A DNA stretch of 64,000 nucleotides from Candidatus Methylomirabilota bacterium (GTDB lineage Bacteria > Methylomirabilota > Methylomirabilia > Rokubacteriales > DASRDR01), in contig DATAFX010000093.1 of NCBI GenBank assembly GCA_036257195.1, forward strand, positions 2,308 through 66,307. The letters are read 5' to 3'. The stretch's first letter is position 1; each line of letters starts with the position of its first letter. Both the position numbers and the translations under genes were made by a program. Positions 37,916 to 47,473 of the stretch are shown one piece after another. Under the pieces are notes generated by a model. That model worked only from the letters and a program-made list of their open reading frames with translations, made no database searches and had not been told where the DNA came from.

Positions 37916-38458
37916 CTAGCCGCGCCGCCCGCGGAACGGACGCCGCGGTCCCCGGGCGGGGGAGGCCAGGCGCCGGCCGCTCCGCGCGCGCGGCGCCGTG
38001 CCGGCGACCTCTAGGATCATCTCGATCTCCACCGCCATCCCCAAGGGAAGGGAGCCCATGCCGACCGCGGAGCGGGCGTGCCGGCCCGCGTCGCCGAAGA
38101 CCTCCACCATGAGGTCGGAGAACCCGTTGATGACCTGCGGATGGTCGGTGAAGTCGTCGGCGCACTGCACCATGCCCAGGACCTTGACGACGCGCCGGAC
38201 CCGGTCGAGGCTACCGAGGGTGTGTCGGATGGTGGCGAGGAGGTTCAGGCCGGTCAGACGGGCCGCGGCCTGGCCCTGTTCGATCGTGAGCTCGCGGCCG
38301 ACTCTGCCCCGGTGCACGATGCGCCCGTCGCTCACCGGGCCGTGGCCGGAGAGGAACAGAAGGCGCCCGGACCGGGCGGCCGTCACGTAGGTCGCCATCG
38401 GCCGGAGCGGGTTGGGGAGCTCGATGCCCAGGGCCTCGAGACGCGCCTCAGCTCCCAT
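37916..38458 (-). CDS. RidA/YjgF-family protein (paralog 2)
   Basis: From MGAEARLEALGIELPNPLRPMATYVTAARSGRLLFLSGHGPVSDGRIVHRGRVGRE...MAVEIEMILEV. CAT at 38456-38458. The upstream part of the 426-aa ORF is rejected. Confidence 0.75.
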   Translation of the reverse strand: MGAEARLEALGIELPNPLRPMATYVTAARSGRLLFLSGHGPVSDGRIVHRGRVGRELTIEQGQAAARLTGLNLLATIRHTLGSLDRVRRVVKVLGMVQCADDFTDHPQVINGFSDLMVEVFGDAGRHARSAVGMGSLPLGMAVEIEMILEVAGTAPRARSGRRLASPARGPRRPFRGRRG

Positions 38459-38505
38459 CGTGGCTCCTTGCTGACCGGAACGGTGCGTGGCTCGTGGCTC
38501 GTGAG

Positions 38506-39648
38506 TCAGGAGGCTCGCGTGGCCAGGACGCCGCGCCGTCCGCGCAGGGCTCCCAGCACCCCGAGGACGAGGACCGCAAAGGCGAGATACGTGACGGTGT
38601 CGCCCGCGCGGTCGGCCAGCCACCCGCAGAGTGGCGCTCCAACGGCGTGCCCCAGCGCCCATGCCAGGTTGGCGAGTGCGATCGCCAGAACGCCGTCGAG
38701 ACCGGCGGCATCCGCGGCCCGGGTGAGGAGCGCCATCCCGGGCACGAGCGTGGCACCGAACGTGATCGCCGCCAACACGACGAGCCCGGCCACCAGCCAC
38801 GGGGCCTCCGCCCAGGCCAGGCCGGCGAGCACGGCGATCGACACGGCCAGCCCGGCGACGATCGGCGCGAGCGCGCCCCGTCGGTCCGCCCAGCGGCCGA
38901 GCAGGGGATGCACGATGGCCTCCAACGCGGCGGCCGCGGCGTAGAGGGCGCCCAGCTGTCCGGCACTCCAGCCGCGCGCGTCGAGCGAGAGGGGCGCCAG
39001 GACGCCGAGGAGAGCGAAGAGAAGCGGCGCCAGCACGATCAGGCCAAGCGGCACCCAGAGCGAATGGATACGGAGGGCGGCGATCATCGTGACGCTTCCG
39101 GACTCCGCCGTCGGCTCCGGCAGGGTCACCACCCTCACGCCCAGCGCGATGCACGCCAGGGCCACAGTGACGAAGGCCGGACCGGTGCCGAACCACGCGG
39201 CGGCCGCGCCCAGCACCGGACCGAGGAACGCCCCGACCACCGCGGCGGAGACCGCGAAACCGATCAGCTCACCGCGTCGCTCGGGCGGTGCGGTGCGCGC
39301 GAGCCAGCCGACCGCCGCGGTCCAAGAGCACGCGCTGCCAACACCGGCGCCGAACCGCGTGAGGACGAGGAGTGTCCACTTCCCGGCCAGCCCGAAGAGG
39401 ACGCTCGTGCCCGCCGTCAGGCCGAGACCCAGGAGCAGCGTCGGCCGGAGGCCCAGACGGGCCGCCAGGAGTCCGCTCGGGAGCGCCGCCACTAGGACGC
39501 CGGCCGCGAATGCGCCGGCCAGGATGCCGACGGCGCTCTTCGACAGGCCCAGCGCGGCAGCGTAGCTGGGAAGCAGCGGCGAGAGGACAGCGAAGAACAC
39601 CGTGTCGACGAGGACCACCGCGGCGACGAGCACCAGGAGCCGGCGCAC
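38506..39648 (-). CDS. MFS transporter
   Basis: 380 aa, 12 TM helices, GTG start (MRRLLVLVAAVVLV...). Confidence 0.85.
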   Translation of the reverse strand: MRRLLVLVAAVVLVDTVFFAVLSPLLPSYAAALGLSKSAVGILAGAFAAGVLVAALPSGLLAARLGLRPTLLLGLGLTAGTSVLFGLAGKWTLLVLTRFGAGVGSACSWTAAVGWLARTAPPERRGELIGFAVSAAVVGAFLGPVLGAAAAWFGTGPAFVTVALACIALGVRVVTLPEPTAESGSVTMIAALRIHSLWVPLGLIVLAPLLFALLGVLAPLSLDARGWSAGQLGALYAAAAALEAIVHPLLGRWADRRGALAPIVAGLAVSIAVLAGLAWAEAPWLVAGLVVLAAITFGATLVPGMALLTRAADAAGLDGVLAIALANLAWALGHAVGAPLCGWLADRAGDTVTYLAFAVLVLGVLGALRGRRGVLATRAS

Positions 39649-39725
39649 CCGGTCATTCTACTCACCGCACCGCGCGCGCGGGCGCACGATTGACGGCGCC
39701 GGACCGGCGTGATACGACCGGCGCC

Positions 39726-40526
39726 GTGCAGCAGCCTCTGGCTGGTCCGCCGACGCCCCGCGAGGCGGCGTCGGTGGTCCTCACCCGCGACGTACCCGGC
39801 GGCCTCGAGGTGCTCCTACTCCAGCGGCACCCGGACAGCCGGTTTTCCCCCGGCGCGTTTGCTTTCCCCGGAGGGCGCGTCGAAGTCACCGACGCCGGGA
39901 CGGGCATCGAGGCGCGCTGCAGGGGCCTGGAGCGCGCGGAGGCGTCGCGGCGTCTGCCAGACGTCGAGCCTCCCGAGCGGGCCATCGGCTTCTGGGTGGC
40001 GGCGCTCCGCGAGGCGTTCGAGGAAGCGGGTCTCCTCCTCGCCTACGGCCCGGACGCCGGCCCCGTGGCCGCGGCGACGCTCGGCATGGCCCACGTTCAC
40101 CGGGCGCGATGTCGCGAGGACAGCGCCCTGTTCGGGCGGCTCCTGGCTGAGCTGGACCTCGTGCTGGCGATCGACCGCGTTGCCTACTGGGCCCACTGGA
40201 TCACACCCGAGGAGCGGCCCATCCGCTACGACACGCGCTTCTTCGTCGCCGCGGCCTGGCCCGACCAGAGCCCCGAGCCGGACGGGCACGAGATGGTGGC
40301 CGCGCGGTGGATCCGGCCGGGCGACGCGCTCGCCCGGCACCGGGACCGTGAGTTCGTACTGCCACTCCCAACGCAGCGGATTCTGGCGTCTGTCTCCGAG
40401 CATCCCGACATCGGGGCGCTTCTGGCGGCGGCCCGAGAACGGGACGTCCGGCCAGTGCGCCCGCGCATCGTCCGCGACGGGAGCGTCGAGCGGATACTGC
40501 TCCCGGAGGATCCCGGCTGGTTCTGA
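39726..40526 (+). CDS. NUDIX hydrolase
   Basis: Nudix box ...GGRVEVTD...EARCRGLERA...REAFEEAGLLLA (GX5EX7REUXEEXGU-like). The start is GTG 39726 or TTG 39690. The upstream ORF part is rejected. Confidence 0.7.
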   Translation: MQQPLAGPPTPREAASVVLTRDVPGGLEVLLLQRHPDSRFSPGAFAFPGGRVEVTDAGTGIEARCRGLERAEASRRLPDVEPPERAIGFWVAALREAFEEAGLLLAYGPDAGPVAAATLGMAHVHRARCREDSALFGRLLAELDLVLAIDRVAYWAHWITPEERPIRYDTRFFVAAAWPDQSPEPDGHEMVAARWIRPGDALARHRDREFVLPLPTQRILASVSEHPDIGALLAAARERDVRPVRPRIVRDGSVERILLPEDPGWF

Positions 40527-40565
40527 GCCGGGGCTCGATGCGACGCATCGGGTAAAATCGATCGC

Positions 40566-41105
40566 ATGGCGGTCGCTTGGTGGCTGACGCTCGCGATCCC
40601 GCTGACCGGCTCCATGCTTCTCCTGGCCGCGGGGCGCGAGACCGGCGGCGCGCACGCGCAGGCGGCAGGAGGGTCGGGCCGGACCATGTCGCCCGCCCCG
40701 CCTCACGTCCACGCCACACCCAAGGGTTGGCGATTCACCTGGCCGAAGGGCGACCCGGTGAAGGGTCGCGAGGTGTTCCGGAAGCTCGAGTGCTACAGCT
40801 GCCACGAGGTGCGGGGCGAGTCCTTCCCGACCCCGAGCGACGGCGGGCGGTCGGGCCCCGAGCTATCGGCGATGGGACAACTCCACCCCCCCGAGTACTT
40901 CGCCGAGTCGGTCATCAATCCCAGCGCTGTCATCGAGCCCAAGCGAGGATACGCCGCGGCGGACGGCTCGTCGAATATGCCATCGTACAGTGAGTCGCTG
41001 ACGGTCCAGGAGACGATCGACCTCGTCGCCTACCTTCGCCAGCTCAGACCACCGGTGAGCCGCGCTCCGGGCCAAGGCGGCTCCGGCGGCCACACGACCC
41101 ACTGA
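40566..41105 (+). CDS. Mono-haem c-type cytochrome, exported
   Basis: A signal peptide, a single CYSCH haem-binding motif and a distal Met region (NMPSY). Confidence 0.8.
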   Translation: MAVAWWLTLAIPLTGSMLLLAAGRETGGAHAQAAGGSGRTMSPAPPHVHATPKGWRFTWPKGDPVKGREVFRKLECYSCHEVRGESFPTPSDGGRSGPELSAMGQLHPPEYFAESVINPSAVIEPKRGYAAADGSSNMPSYSESLTVQETIDLVAYLRQLRPPVSRAPGQGGSGGHTTH

Positions 41106-41118
41106 CGCGCCGGCACCC

Positions 41119-41143
41119 CCTCTCCGCTCGATCTACGAGCGGG
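41119..41143. terminator. Possible bidirectional hairpin between convergent genes
   Basis: CCGCTCG-ATCTA-CGAGCGG. There is no U-tract. High-GC context. Confidence 0.2.
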
Positions 41144-41615
41144 GGCGACGGCTCGCTTCACCCACGCGCACGAGGGCCGTGTAGAGGTGGTGGGCCTCGT
41201 GGAGCAGGAAGAAGTCGAGCCACCCGGCGACGTCCATCTCGCCGAACGTCGGATGGAGGCCCGTGCGCCCGCTCTCGGCCGGCGACATCCCTCGCACGAT
41301 GGCCACCAGCTCCGCGCGAAGGGCTCTCATCCGGCCGAGCACCTCGTCCGCGGGGAGCGTTGACCAGGCGGGCCACTCCGGATCCTCCTCGGCGCGATAG
41401 CGGCCCAGCGCCGGGCGCTCTTCTACCTGGAGCCGCCGCAGGCGCTCCAGGAACACGGCGTGGTGGCGAGCCAGATGGGCGAGGTTCTCCCGCGCCGACC
41501 ACTCTTCGGGGCGGGGGCGCGCGTCCAGGGCAGCCGGCGTGGCCCGGTCGAGGATGAGGTCGAGCGCACCCAACTGGGTCTCGAGGCGCGCCAGCAGCGG
41601 AGCGGGAACGGCCAC
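41133..41615 (-). CDS. DinB/YfiT-like (DinB_2) four-helix-bundle metal-dependent protein
   Basis: 160 aa with the conserved His positions (ENLAHLARHHAVFL...LHEAHHLY). Confidence 0.75.
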   Translation of the reverse strand: MAVPAPLLARLETQLGALDLILDRATPAALDARPRPEEWSARENLAHLARHHAVFLERLRRLQVEERPALGRYRAEEDPEWPAWSTLPADEVLGRMRALRAELVAIVRGMSPAESGRTGLHPTFGEMDVAGWLDFFLLHEAHHLYTALVRVGEASRRPRS

Positions 41616-41642
41616 GCAGGGAGTTCCTTTCCTCCGGACCGG

Positions 41643-42413
41643 TCAGATCGCGCGCCGCACCACCGTGAGCGTGAGGCCGTGGATGCCGATGGCGCTCGCC
41701 GACGCCAGCGCGTACGTGGGCATGACGGCCATGCGATCGACCAGCGCCCCCACCACGAGCATGAACGTAGCGAAGCCGAACGAGCCCAGCACCATCCCGC
41801 GCAGCAACTGGACAGCCGCCCCCGCGCCCTGGTCCCGCTGCGCGAACACCGCGAGCAGGGCGCCGAATACCGGGATAGGAGACAGCATGCCAGCCAGGGC
41901 GGGTCCGAGCGCCGCGGCCACCGAGGTCAGGCCGAGCACGAGCAGCGCGGCGAGCGCCATCCGGATCGCCAGGTCGCCCGGCAGGAGGCGTGGTGAGGCG
42001 GCCGGCGGACCGCCGTCAGCCATGAGCACGCCGCTCCCGGCGAGGACGACGCAGACGAAGGTGAACGCGAGCCCGATCGGGAGGCTCGCCTCCCGGAACA
42101 CGAGCGTCGACGCGCCGAAGGCGCCGAGCGCCGCGGCGAGAGAGCCAGCCCAGCCGGCCCCTCGCCGGGCCGTCCGACCGTAGGCGAGGCAGAACGCCGC
42201 GAGCGAGACGAGGCCGAAGAGGGTGCCGAGCGCCGCCCGCCCGGCGAACTGGGGTCCCTGCTCGATGGCGAGGACGAAAGAGACGGGGCCGGACGTGAGC
42301 GGGAGGCCGGCCAGCCATCCGCCGACCCCGGGCCCCCAGCGCCGGCCCGCGAGCGTCGCGACGAGGATCAGGATGGGCGCCAGCAGGAGCTTGAGCAGTG
42401 TGGTCGTCGCCAC
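41643..42413 (-). CDS. Hypothetical polytopic membrane protein
   Basis: The C-terminal roughly 257 aa of the 812-aa ORF (from GTG: VATTTLLKLLLAPILILVATLAG...) have 7-8 TM helices. The remaining 550 aa of the ORF are Arg/Gly/Pro antisense junk. Confidence 0.5.
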   Translation of the reverse strand: MATTTLLKLLLAPILILVATLAGRRWGPGVGGWLAGLPLTSGPVSFVLAIEQGPQFAGRAALGTLFGLVSLAAFCLAYGRTARRGAGWAGSLAAALGAFGASTLVFREASLPIGLAFTFVCVVLAGSGVLMADGGPPAASPRLLPGDLAIRMALAALLVLGLTSVAAALGPALAGMLSPIPVFGALLAVFAQRDQGAGAAVQLLRGMVLGSFGFATFMLVVGALVDRMAVMPTYALASASAIGIHGLTLTVVRRAI

Positions 42414-42623
42414 GGGCTCTACCGTCTCACGGCCCGGGAATCCTGCCCACTGGCTCGCTTGACACGCCAGCGGGGGCAGGGCCACACTCCCTCCGCGGCC
42501 TGCCTCTCCGGTCGCGTCCCGAAATCGTGCCCACGAAGCGCCCCGTCCTCGGGTAGCCATGTCGCGGGAGCGTCTGTCCTGAGCATCCGCACCTCGTGGC
42601 CCCGCGCCGTCACCGGCACGGCC

Positions 42624-44078
42624 GTGGTCGTGGTCTTGCTGGCCACGCTCCGACTCTTGTGGCTCTCGCGGAGCTGGCCGCTCGTCCACGACGCGCCCCT
42701 CATGCACTACGTCGCCTGGCGGATCCTGGAGGGCGCCGCGCCCTATCGCGACCTCTTCGACATGAACTTCCCCGGCGTGTACGCGGTGCACCTCCTGCTC
42801 CTCATGACCCTCGGGCCCGGAGACGGGGCGTTCCGCGCGTTCGACGTCGGTCTGCTGGTCGCCGCCGGTGCCGGGCTCTGGACCGCGCTGCGCCGCCCCT
42901 CGGCGTGGGGCGGCCTGGCCGCGGTGGGCCTGTTCGGGCTCTACCACGTCGCCGGCGGTCCCTGGCTTGCCGGACAGCGCGACCTCCTGCTCTGCGTCAT
43001 CTTGGCGTGGGTTGCCGGGAGTGTCATGGCCTCGATCGAGGCGCCGGGGGACGAGGACCGGATCCGCTGGCTCGGCGGTGCGGCACTCGCCCTCGGGCTG
43101 GCCGTGTGGGTCAAACCACACGCCATCGTTCTCGTCCCGGTCCTCGTGGTGTGGGTGTGGTCGGCGCTCCACGGGCGGGCGCGGGGCCGCGCCCTCGTCG
43201 TCGTCGCCGCCGGAGTGGCGCTGCCCGGCGCGGCGGTGGTCGCGTGGCTCGGCTGGACCGGCGGCCTCGCCGCGTTCGTGGACATCGTGGTACGGTACCT
43301 GATCCCGCTCTACAGCCGGCTGGGACGGAACGACCTCTTCCGTGAGATGGCCGCACGCGACTACGGGATCGGCGTGCTGCTCGGCCTCGCCGCCTGGGCG
43401 AGCCTCGGCGCTGCCGCCCTGGCGCGAGCGCGGCAATGGCGAGAGCTCGGGGTGCTGGCGACGGGGGTCGCCTACGGCATCGCGCACTTCGGGGCGCAGG
43501 GAAGAGGATGGGAGTACCACTTCTACCCGCTTGCGCTCTTCGCGACGGCGCTCGGCGGGGCGGGCCTCGGCGCGGCGGTGGCTCACGGGCGCCGGGCGCT
43601 CGCCGTGATGCTGGTGCTCATCTTGGTGGGGATGACGGGCGCGCTGTGGGCGAAGGGCCAGCGCAACCTGGCGCCGGACTGGATCGCCGAGAAGCTCGGG
43701 CGCGTGGACGGCGTGTCGGAGGCCCTCCGGCCGGTCGTCGCGGCGGGAGGGACGGTGCAGGTGTTGGACACGACCGGCGGGGGGATCCACGCGCTGTTCC
43801 GCCTCCACGCGCGGCAGCCCAGCCGCTTTCTCTACGACTTTCATTTCTACCACGACGTCGACCATCCGTACGTGCGGCGTCTTCGCGCCGAGCTGATGGC
43901 CGCGCTCAGAGCGCGGCCTCCGGCCGGGGTCGTGATCTTCGAAGAAGGGTGGACGGCGGGGGGTTACGAGCGCGTGGCGGCTTTTCCGGAGCTCGAGCGC
44001 TGGCTCCGGGAAGGACTCCGGCTCGCGGAGGAGGGCGATGGCTACCGGCTCTACGTCGGACCGGCGGCCCCCCGGTAG
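42624..44078 (+). CDS. Membrane glycosyltransferase of the ArnT/PMT (GT39/GT83-like) superfamily
   Basis: Roughly 480 aa, multi-TM, with the DxD-like periplasmic loop APYRDLFDMNFPG after TM1 and a large C-terminal soluble domain. The start is uncertain (GTG about 42624). Confidence 0.65.
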   Translation: MVVVLLATLRLLWLSRSWPLVHDAPLMHYVAWRILEGAAPYRDLFDMNFPGVYAVHLLLLMTLGPGDGAFRAFDVGLLVAAGAGLWTALRRPSAWGGLAAVGLFGLYHVAGGPWLAGQRDLLLCVILAWVAGSVMASIEAPGDEDRIRWLGGAALALGLAVWVKPHAIVLVPVLVVWVWSALHGRARGRALVVVAAGVALPGAAVVAWLGWTGGLAAFVDIVVRYLIPLYSRLGRNDLFREMAARDYGIGVLLGLAAWASLGAAALARARQWRELGVLATGVAYGIAHFGAQGRGWEYHFYPLALFATALGGAGLGAAVAHGRRALAVMLVLILVGMTGALWAKGQRNLAPDWIAEKLGRVDGVSEALRPVVAAGGTVQVLDTTGGGIHALFRLHARQPSRFLYDFHFYHDVDHPYVRRLRAELMAALRARPPAGVVIFEEGWTAGGYERVAAFPELERWLREGLRLAEEGDGYRLYVGPAAPR

Positions 44079-44730
44079 CACGGCGCGTGAGGCGATCGCG
44101 CGCGTCGTGGAGGCCTACGACGACTGGGCGATACGGCTCTACTCCCGCGCGCGCTTTCTCATCCTCCGGCAGCGCTTCCTGGACGAGATCGTCCAGTACC
44201 TGCCCCACTCGGGCGATGTCCTGGACCTCGGCTGCGGCTTCGGGCTCTTCTCGCTCTACTACGCGCAGATCCTGCCGGGCGTCCGCTTCCGGGGCGTCGA
44301 CCTGAGCGCGCGGCGTATCGGTATCGCCCGGGAGGCCGGGCGGCGGCTCGGCCTGGCGAACGTCGAGTACGTCGTGGGGGATGCACGCGACTTCCGCGGT
44401 GAGCGGGAGTATGCGGGTGCCTACATGCTGGACATCATCCACCACATCGCGCCGGCGTCGGTGCGACCCTTGCTCGCCGAGCTTCATGCCACGCTCGCGC
44501 CCGGCGGCTGCCTCGTGGTCAAGGACGTGGACCGACGGCCCGCCTACAAGCGCTGGTTCACGCTCGCGCTCGATCTGCTGATGAGCCCCACCGACCCTCC
44601 GCACTACTGGGCGGCCGAGGCGCTCCAGGCCGCGCTCGAGGAGACGGGATTCCGTGTCTACCGTCACTCCATGGTGGATTTCCTTCCGTATCCGCACGTG
44701 CTCTACGTCTGTCGCAAGTTCGGCGGCTGA
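44038..44730 (+). CDS. Class I SAM-dependent methyltransferase
   Basis: VLDLGCGFGLFS (motif I), VVGDARDF and LAPGGCLVV. It may start at GTG 44107 rather than 44038. Confidence 0.8.
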   Translation: MATGSTSDRRPPGSTAREAIARVVEAYDDWAIRLYSRARFLILRQRFLDEIVQYLPHSGDVLDLGCGFGLFSLYYAQILPGVRFRGVDLSARRIGIAREAGRRLGLANVEYVVGDARDFRGEREYAGAYMLDIIHHIAPASVRPLLAELHATLAPGGCLVVKDVDRRPAYKRWFTLALDLLMSPTDPPHYWAAEALQAALEETGFRVYRHSMVDFLPYPHVLYVCRKFGG

Positions 44731-44739
44731 GGTCGCCGG

Positions 44740-45774
44740 TCACCCCGGCGCGCCCGGCTCGAAGAGCGCGGGCGCGGAGAGCGCCGCCTCCAGGACGGCC
44801 ATCGTCACGTTGGAGCCGGTGAGGACCAGTACCAGGCGGCGGCCGCGGAGATCCAGGCGGCCCGCCCAGGCCGCTGCCAGAGACGCGGCCCCAGCGGGTT
44901 CGACGAGGACGTGGGCGTGCTCGACGAGCGCGCGGAGCGCCCGGAGCAGCATCGAGTCGGGAACGGAGACGGCATCGTCAATCCAGGTCCACAGGCCCTC
45001 TAGCGCGAGGCGGGCGGGGACCCGGCACACGAGGCCGTCCGCGATCGTGTCGATTGCCCGCTCGACGGCTCGGCGCTCGCGGAAGCTCTCGACCATGGCC
45101 GGCGAGCCCGAGGACTGGACCGCCACCACGCGCGCCCGGGGCTGAAGGCCCTTGAGCGCGACAGCGCATCCCACGGCCAGCGTGCCGCTGCCCATCGGCA
45201 CGAACAGGACGTCGATCTCGGGTAGCCGGTCGGCGACCTCCAGGCCCACGGCGCCGGCCCCTTCCATGACGTCGAGGCTCTCGCCATCGTCCACGAACAG
45301 GAGGCCGCGTGACGCGGCGAAGCGCTGGGCGTCGACCTTGGCCTCGTCGAGGTCGACGCCTCCCTCGTGGATGGTGGCGCCGAGGGCCTCGATCATCCGC
45401 CGCTTCACCGGGTTCGCCCCGTGCGGGAGGAAAACGTGGGCGGCGACGCCCACGGCCCTCGACGCGTACGCGACTCCCTGCCCGTGATTGCCGGTCGACG
45501 AGGTGACCGCCCCGACGGCGACGCCGGCCTCGTGCGCCCGGAGGAGCGCGGTGAACGCGCCCCGAAGCTTGAACGACGCGATCGGGCTCACCGTCTCGTT
45601 CTTCAGCCAGACGTCGGCGTCGAGCGCCCGCGAGAGGAGCTCGGATCGGACGAGGGGGGTTTCGGGGAGGTGGGGGCGGAGCGCGACGCGGGCCCGCTCG
45701 ATGCCGGCTAGGTGAGGCAGGCGGAGGGCGGCTCGCGGCCTGGACCGCTTCGGCTCACCGGTCGTCTCGCCCAT
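44740..45774 (-). CDS. Threonine/serine dehydratase-family PLP enzyme (PALP fold)
   Basis: 344 aa from MGETTGEPK, with PIASFKLRGA (PLP-Lys) and GSTGNHGQGVA. AAGGAGGAG ribosome-binding site. Confidence 0.85.
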   Translation of the reverse strand: MGETTGEPKRSRPRAALRLPHLAGIERARVALRPHLPETPLVRSELLSRALDADVWLKNETVSPIASFKLRGAFTALLRAHEAGVAVGAVTSSTGNHGQGVAYASRAVGVAAHVFLPHGANPVKRRMIEALGATIHEGGVDLDEAKVDAQRFAASRGLLFVDDGESLDVMEGAGAVGLEVADRLPEIDVLFVPMGSGTLAVGCAVALKGLQPRARVVAVQSSGSPAMVESFRERRAVERAIDTIADGLVCRVPARLALEGLWTWIDDAVSVPDSMLLRALRALVEHAHVLVEPAGAASLAAAWAGRLDLRGRRLVLVLTGSNVTMAVLEAALSAPALFEPGAPG

Positions 45775-45784
45775 CCGCTCCTCC

Positions 45785-47473
45785 TTAGTCCCGACAACCG
45801 AGAAGCCGCAGCGTGTCCTCGCGCAGTCGCGCCCGCTGCACCTTGTCTCCGTGGGGCCCCGGTGTGCGCGGCACGTCCGGAACGACGAAGACGTGGCGTG
45901 GCACCTTGTAGCCAGCCAGGCGCCCCCGGCAGTGCGCGATGACTTCCGATTCGGTCGGCGCGGCGGCAGGACGCGGGATGACGTAGGCGACCGCGACCTC
46001 CCCGAGGCGTGCGTCGGGAACGCCGACCACGAACGCCTGGGCAAGCTTCGGGTGCGTCACCAGGAATGCCTCGATCTCGGCGGGCGCTACCATCTGGTGA
46101 CCGATCCGGAGCGTCTCCTTCAGCCGGCCGACGAAGAACACGCGCCCGGCTGCGTCCAGGACCGCGAGGTCCCCCGTATGGAGCCATCCGTCCGGATCGA
46201 TCGCCTTTCGCGTCTCCTCCGGCTTCTCGTGGTAGCCGCGCGTGACCTGAGGGCCGCGGAGGAGCAGCTCGCCGGCCTCCCCGGAGGGACGGTCCGCGCC
46301 CGTGTCGGGGTCGACGACGCGCGCTTCGAGCCCTTCAGCCGGCCAGCCGCCCGCCCGACGTCGGAGCTCGACCGGATCGTCGGGACAGGGACACAGCGCG
46401 AGCGCGTTCACCTCCGTCATGCCGTAGGGCTGGACGGCGCCGGTCATCCCGAGACGTCCCACGACCTCGTCGAAGAGACCGTGGCGGCCTCCACCTGTCA
46501 TGGCCACGCCGCCCGTGCGCAGCGAGGAGCGGTCGTGGCGCTCGAGCTCCGGGTGGTCGAGCACCGCGGCGAGCATCGCATCGACGGCGTTCCAGACGGT
46601 GATCCGCTCCTGCTCGATCAGGTGGATCACGACTGCGGGATCGAACCCGTCGGTGACTACGAGCGCCGCGCCGTGGCTCCAGGCCATGAGGGGGATCAGG
46701 AGGCCACCCCACGTTCCGGAGAACGGCAGCGTATGCAGCACGCGGTCCTGCTCGGACAGCCCGAGGCGCGCGCCCGAGGCGAATGCATGGGGTACCGCGT
46801 TCTCGTGGCTGATCATGGCCCCCTTCGGGAACGCAGTCGTGCCGGAGGTGTAGAGGATGGCGAAAACCCGGTCGGGCGTGACGAGGGTTCGTCGCGACGC
46901 GAGGAGCGCCTCGAGCCCCGGGTCCTCCCCGGCGGCCAGGATGTCGGCGTGCCGATGGGTGCCCCCGTAGGCGTCGTCCGCGAGACAGACTACATGGCGG
47001 AGCCTTGGGAACCGCTCGAAGCTGAGCCGATCGGCGTCGCGGGTGTGGAGGCGGGGCAGAACCTCGTCGAGGCGCTCCAGGTAGTCCACGGGGCCGGCGT
47101 GGTCCTGCAGCACGAGGGCGGTTGCGCCGGACTGGCGCAGGACGTAGTCGAGCTCATGGGCCCGATGCCGGGTGTTGACCGCCACGAGCACCGCGCCGAT
47201 CCGGGCGACGGCGTGCTGCATTACCAGCCACTCCGGCCGGTTCGGCATCCAGAGCGCCACCCGGTCATTGGGCTCGATCCCGAGCGCGAGAAGCCCGCGG
47301 GCGCAGCGCTCGATCTCGCGACCGAGGTCGGCGTAGCTGAGGCGGCGCTCGAGGAAGACCAGCGCCTCCCGCGCCGGATGACGGCGCAGGACGTCGTCGA
47401 GCATCGAGGCAAGGGTCGCGTCGCGGTACCGGTTTCCCGGAGCGTAGCCGGCCATGGAGTAGAATTTTCGCAT
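45785..47473 (-). CDS. AMP-dependent acyl-CoA synthetase/ligase
   Basis: YTSGTTAFPKGA, GMTE, the GDLAVLDAAGRVFFVGR hinge and GDKVQRA. The start is MRKFYS (or MAGYAPG). Confidence 0.85.
   Translation of the reverse strand: MRKFYSMAGYAPGNRYRDATLASMLDDVLRRHPAREALVFLERRLSYADLGREIERCARGLLALGIEPNDRVALWMPNRPEWLVMQHAVARIGAVLVAVNTRHRAHELDYVLRQSGATALVLQDHAGPVDYLERLDEVLPRLHTRDADRLSFERFPRLRHVVCLADDAYGGTHRHADILAAGEDPGLEALLASRRTLVTPDRVFAILYTSGTTAFPKGAMISHENAVPHAFASGARLGLSEQDRVLHTLPFSGTWGGLLIPLMAWSHGAALVVTDGFDPAVVIHLIEQERITVWNAVDAMLAAVLDHPELERHDRSSLRTGGVAMTGGGRHGLFDEVVGRLGMTGAVQPYGMTEVNALALCPCPDDPVELRRRAGGWPAEGLEARVVDPDTGADRPSGEAGELLLRGPQVTRGYHEKPEETRKAIDPDGWLHTGDLAVLDAAGRVFFVGRLKETLRIGHQMVAPAEIEAFLVTHPKLAQAFVVGVPDARLGEVAVAYVIPRPAAAPTESEVIAHCRGRLAGYKVPRHVFVVPDVPRTPGPHGDKVQRARLREDTLRLLGCRD

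Noticed and set aside
41643-44081. 812-aa minus-strand ORF taken as one gene
   Set aside because: Only the C-terminal roughly 257 aa (41643-42413) look like a real membrane protein. The remaining 550 aa are antisense to the ArnT-like glycosyltransferase and are Arg/Gly/Pro junk.
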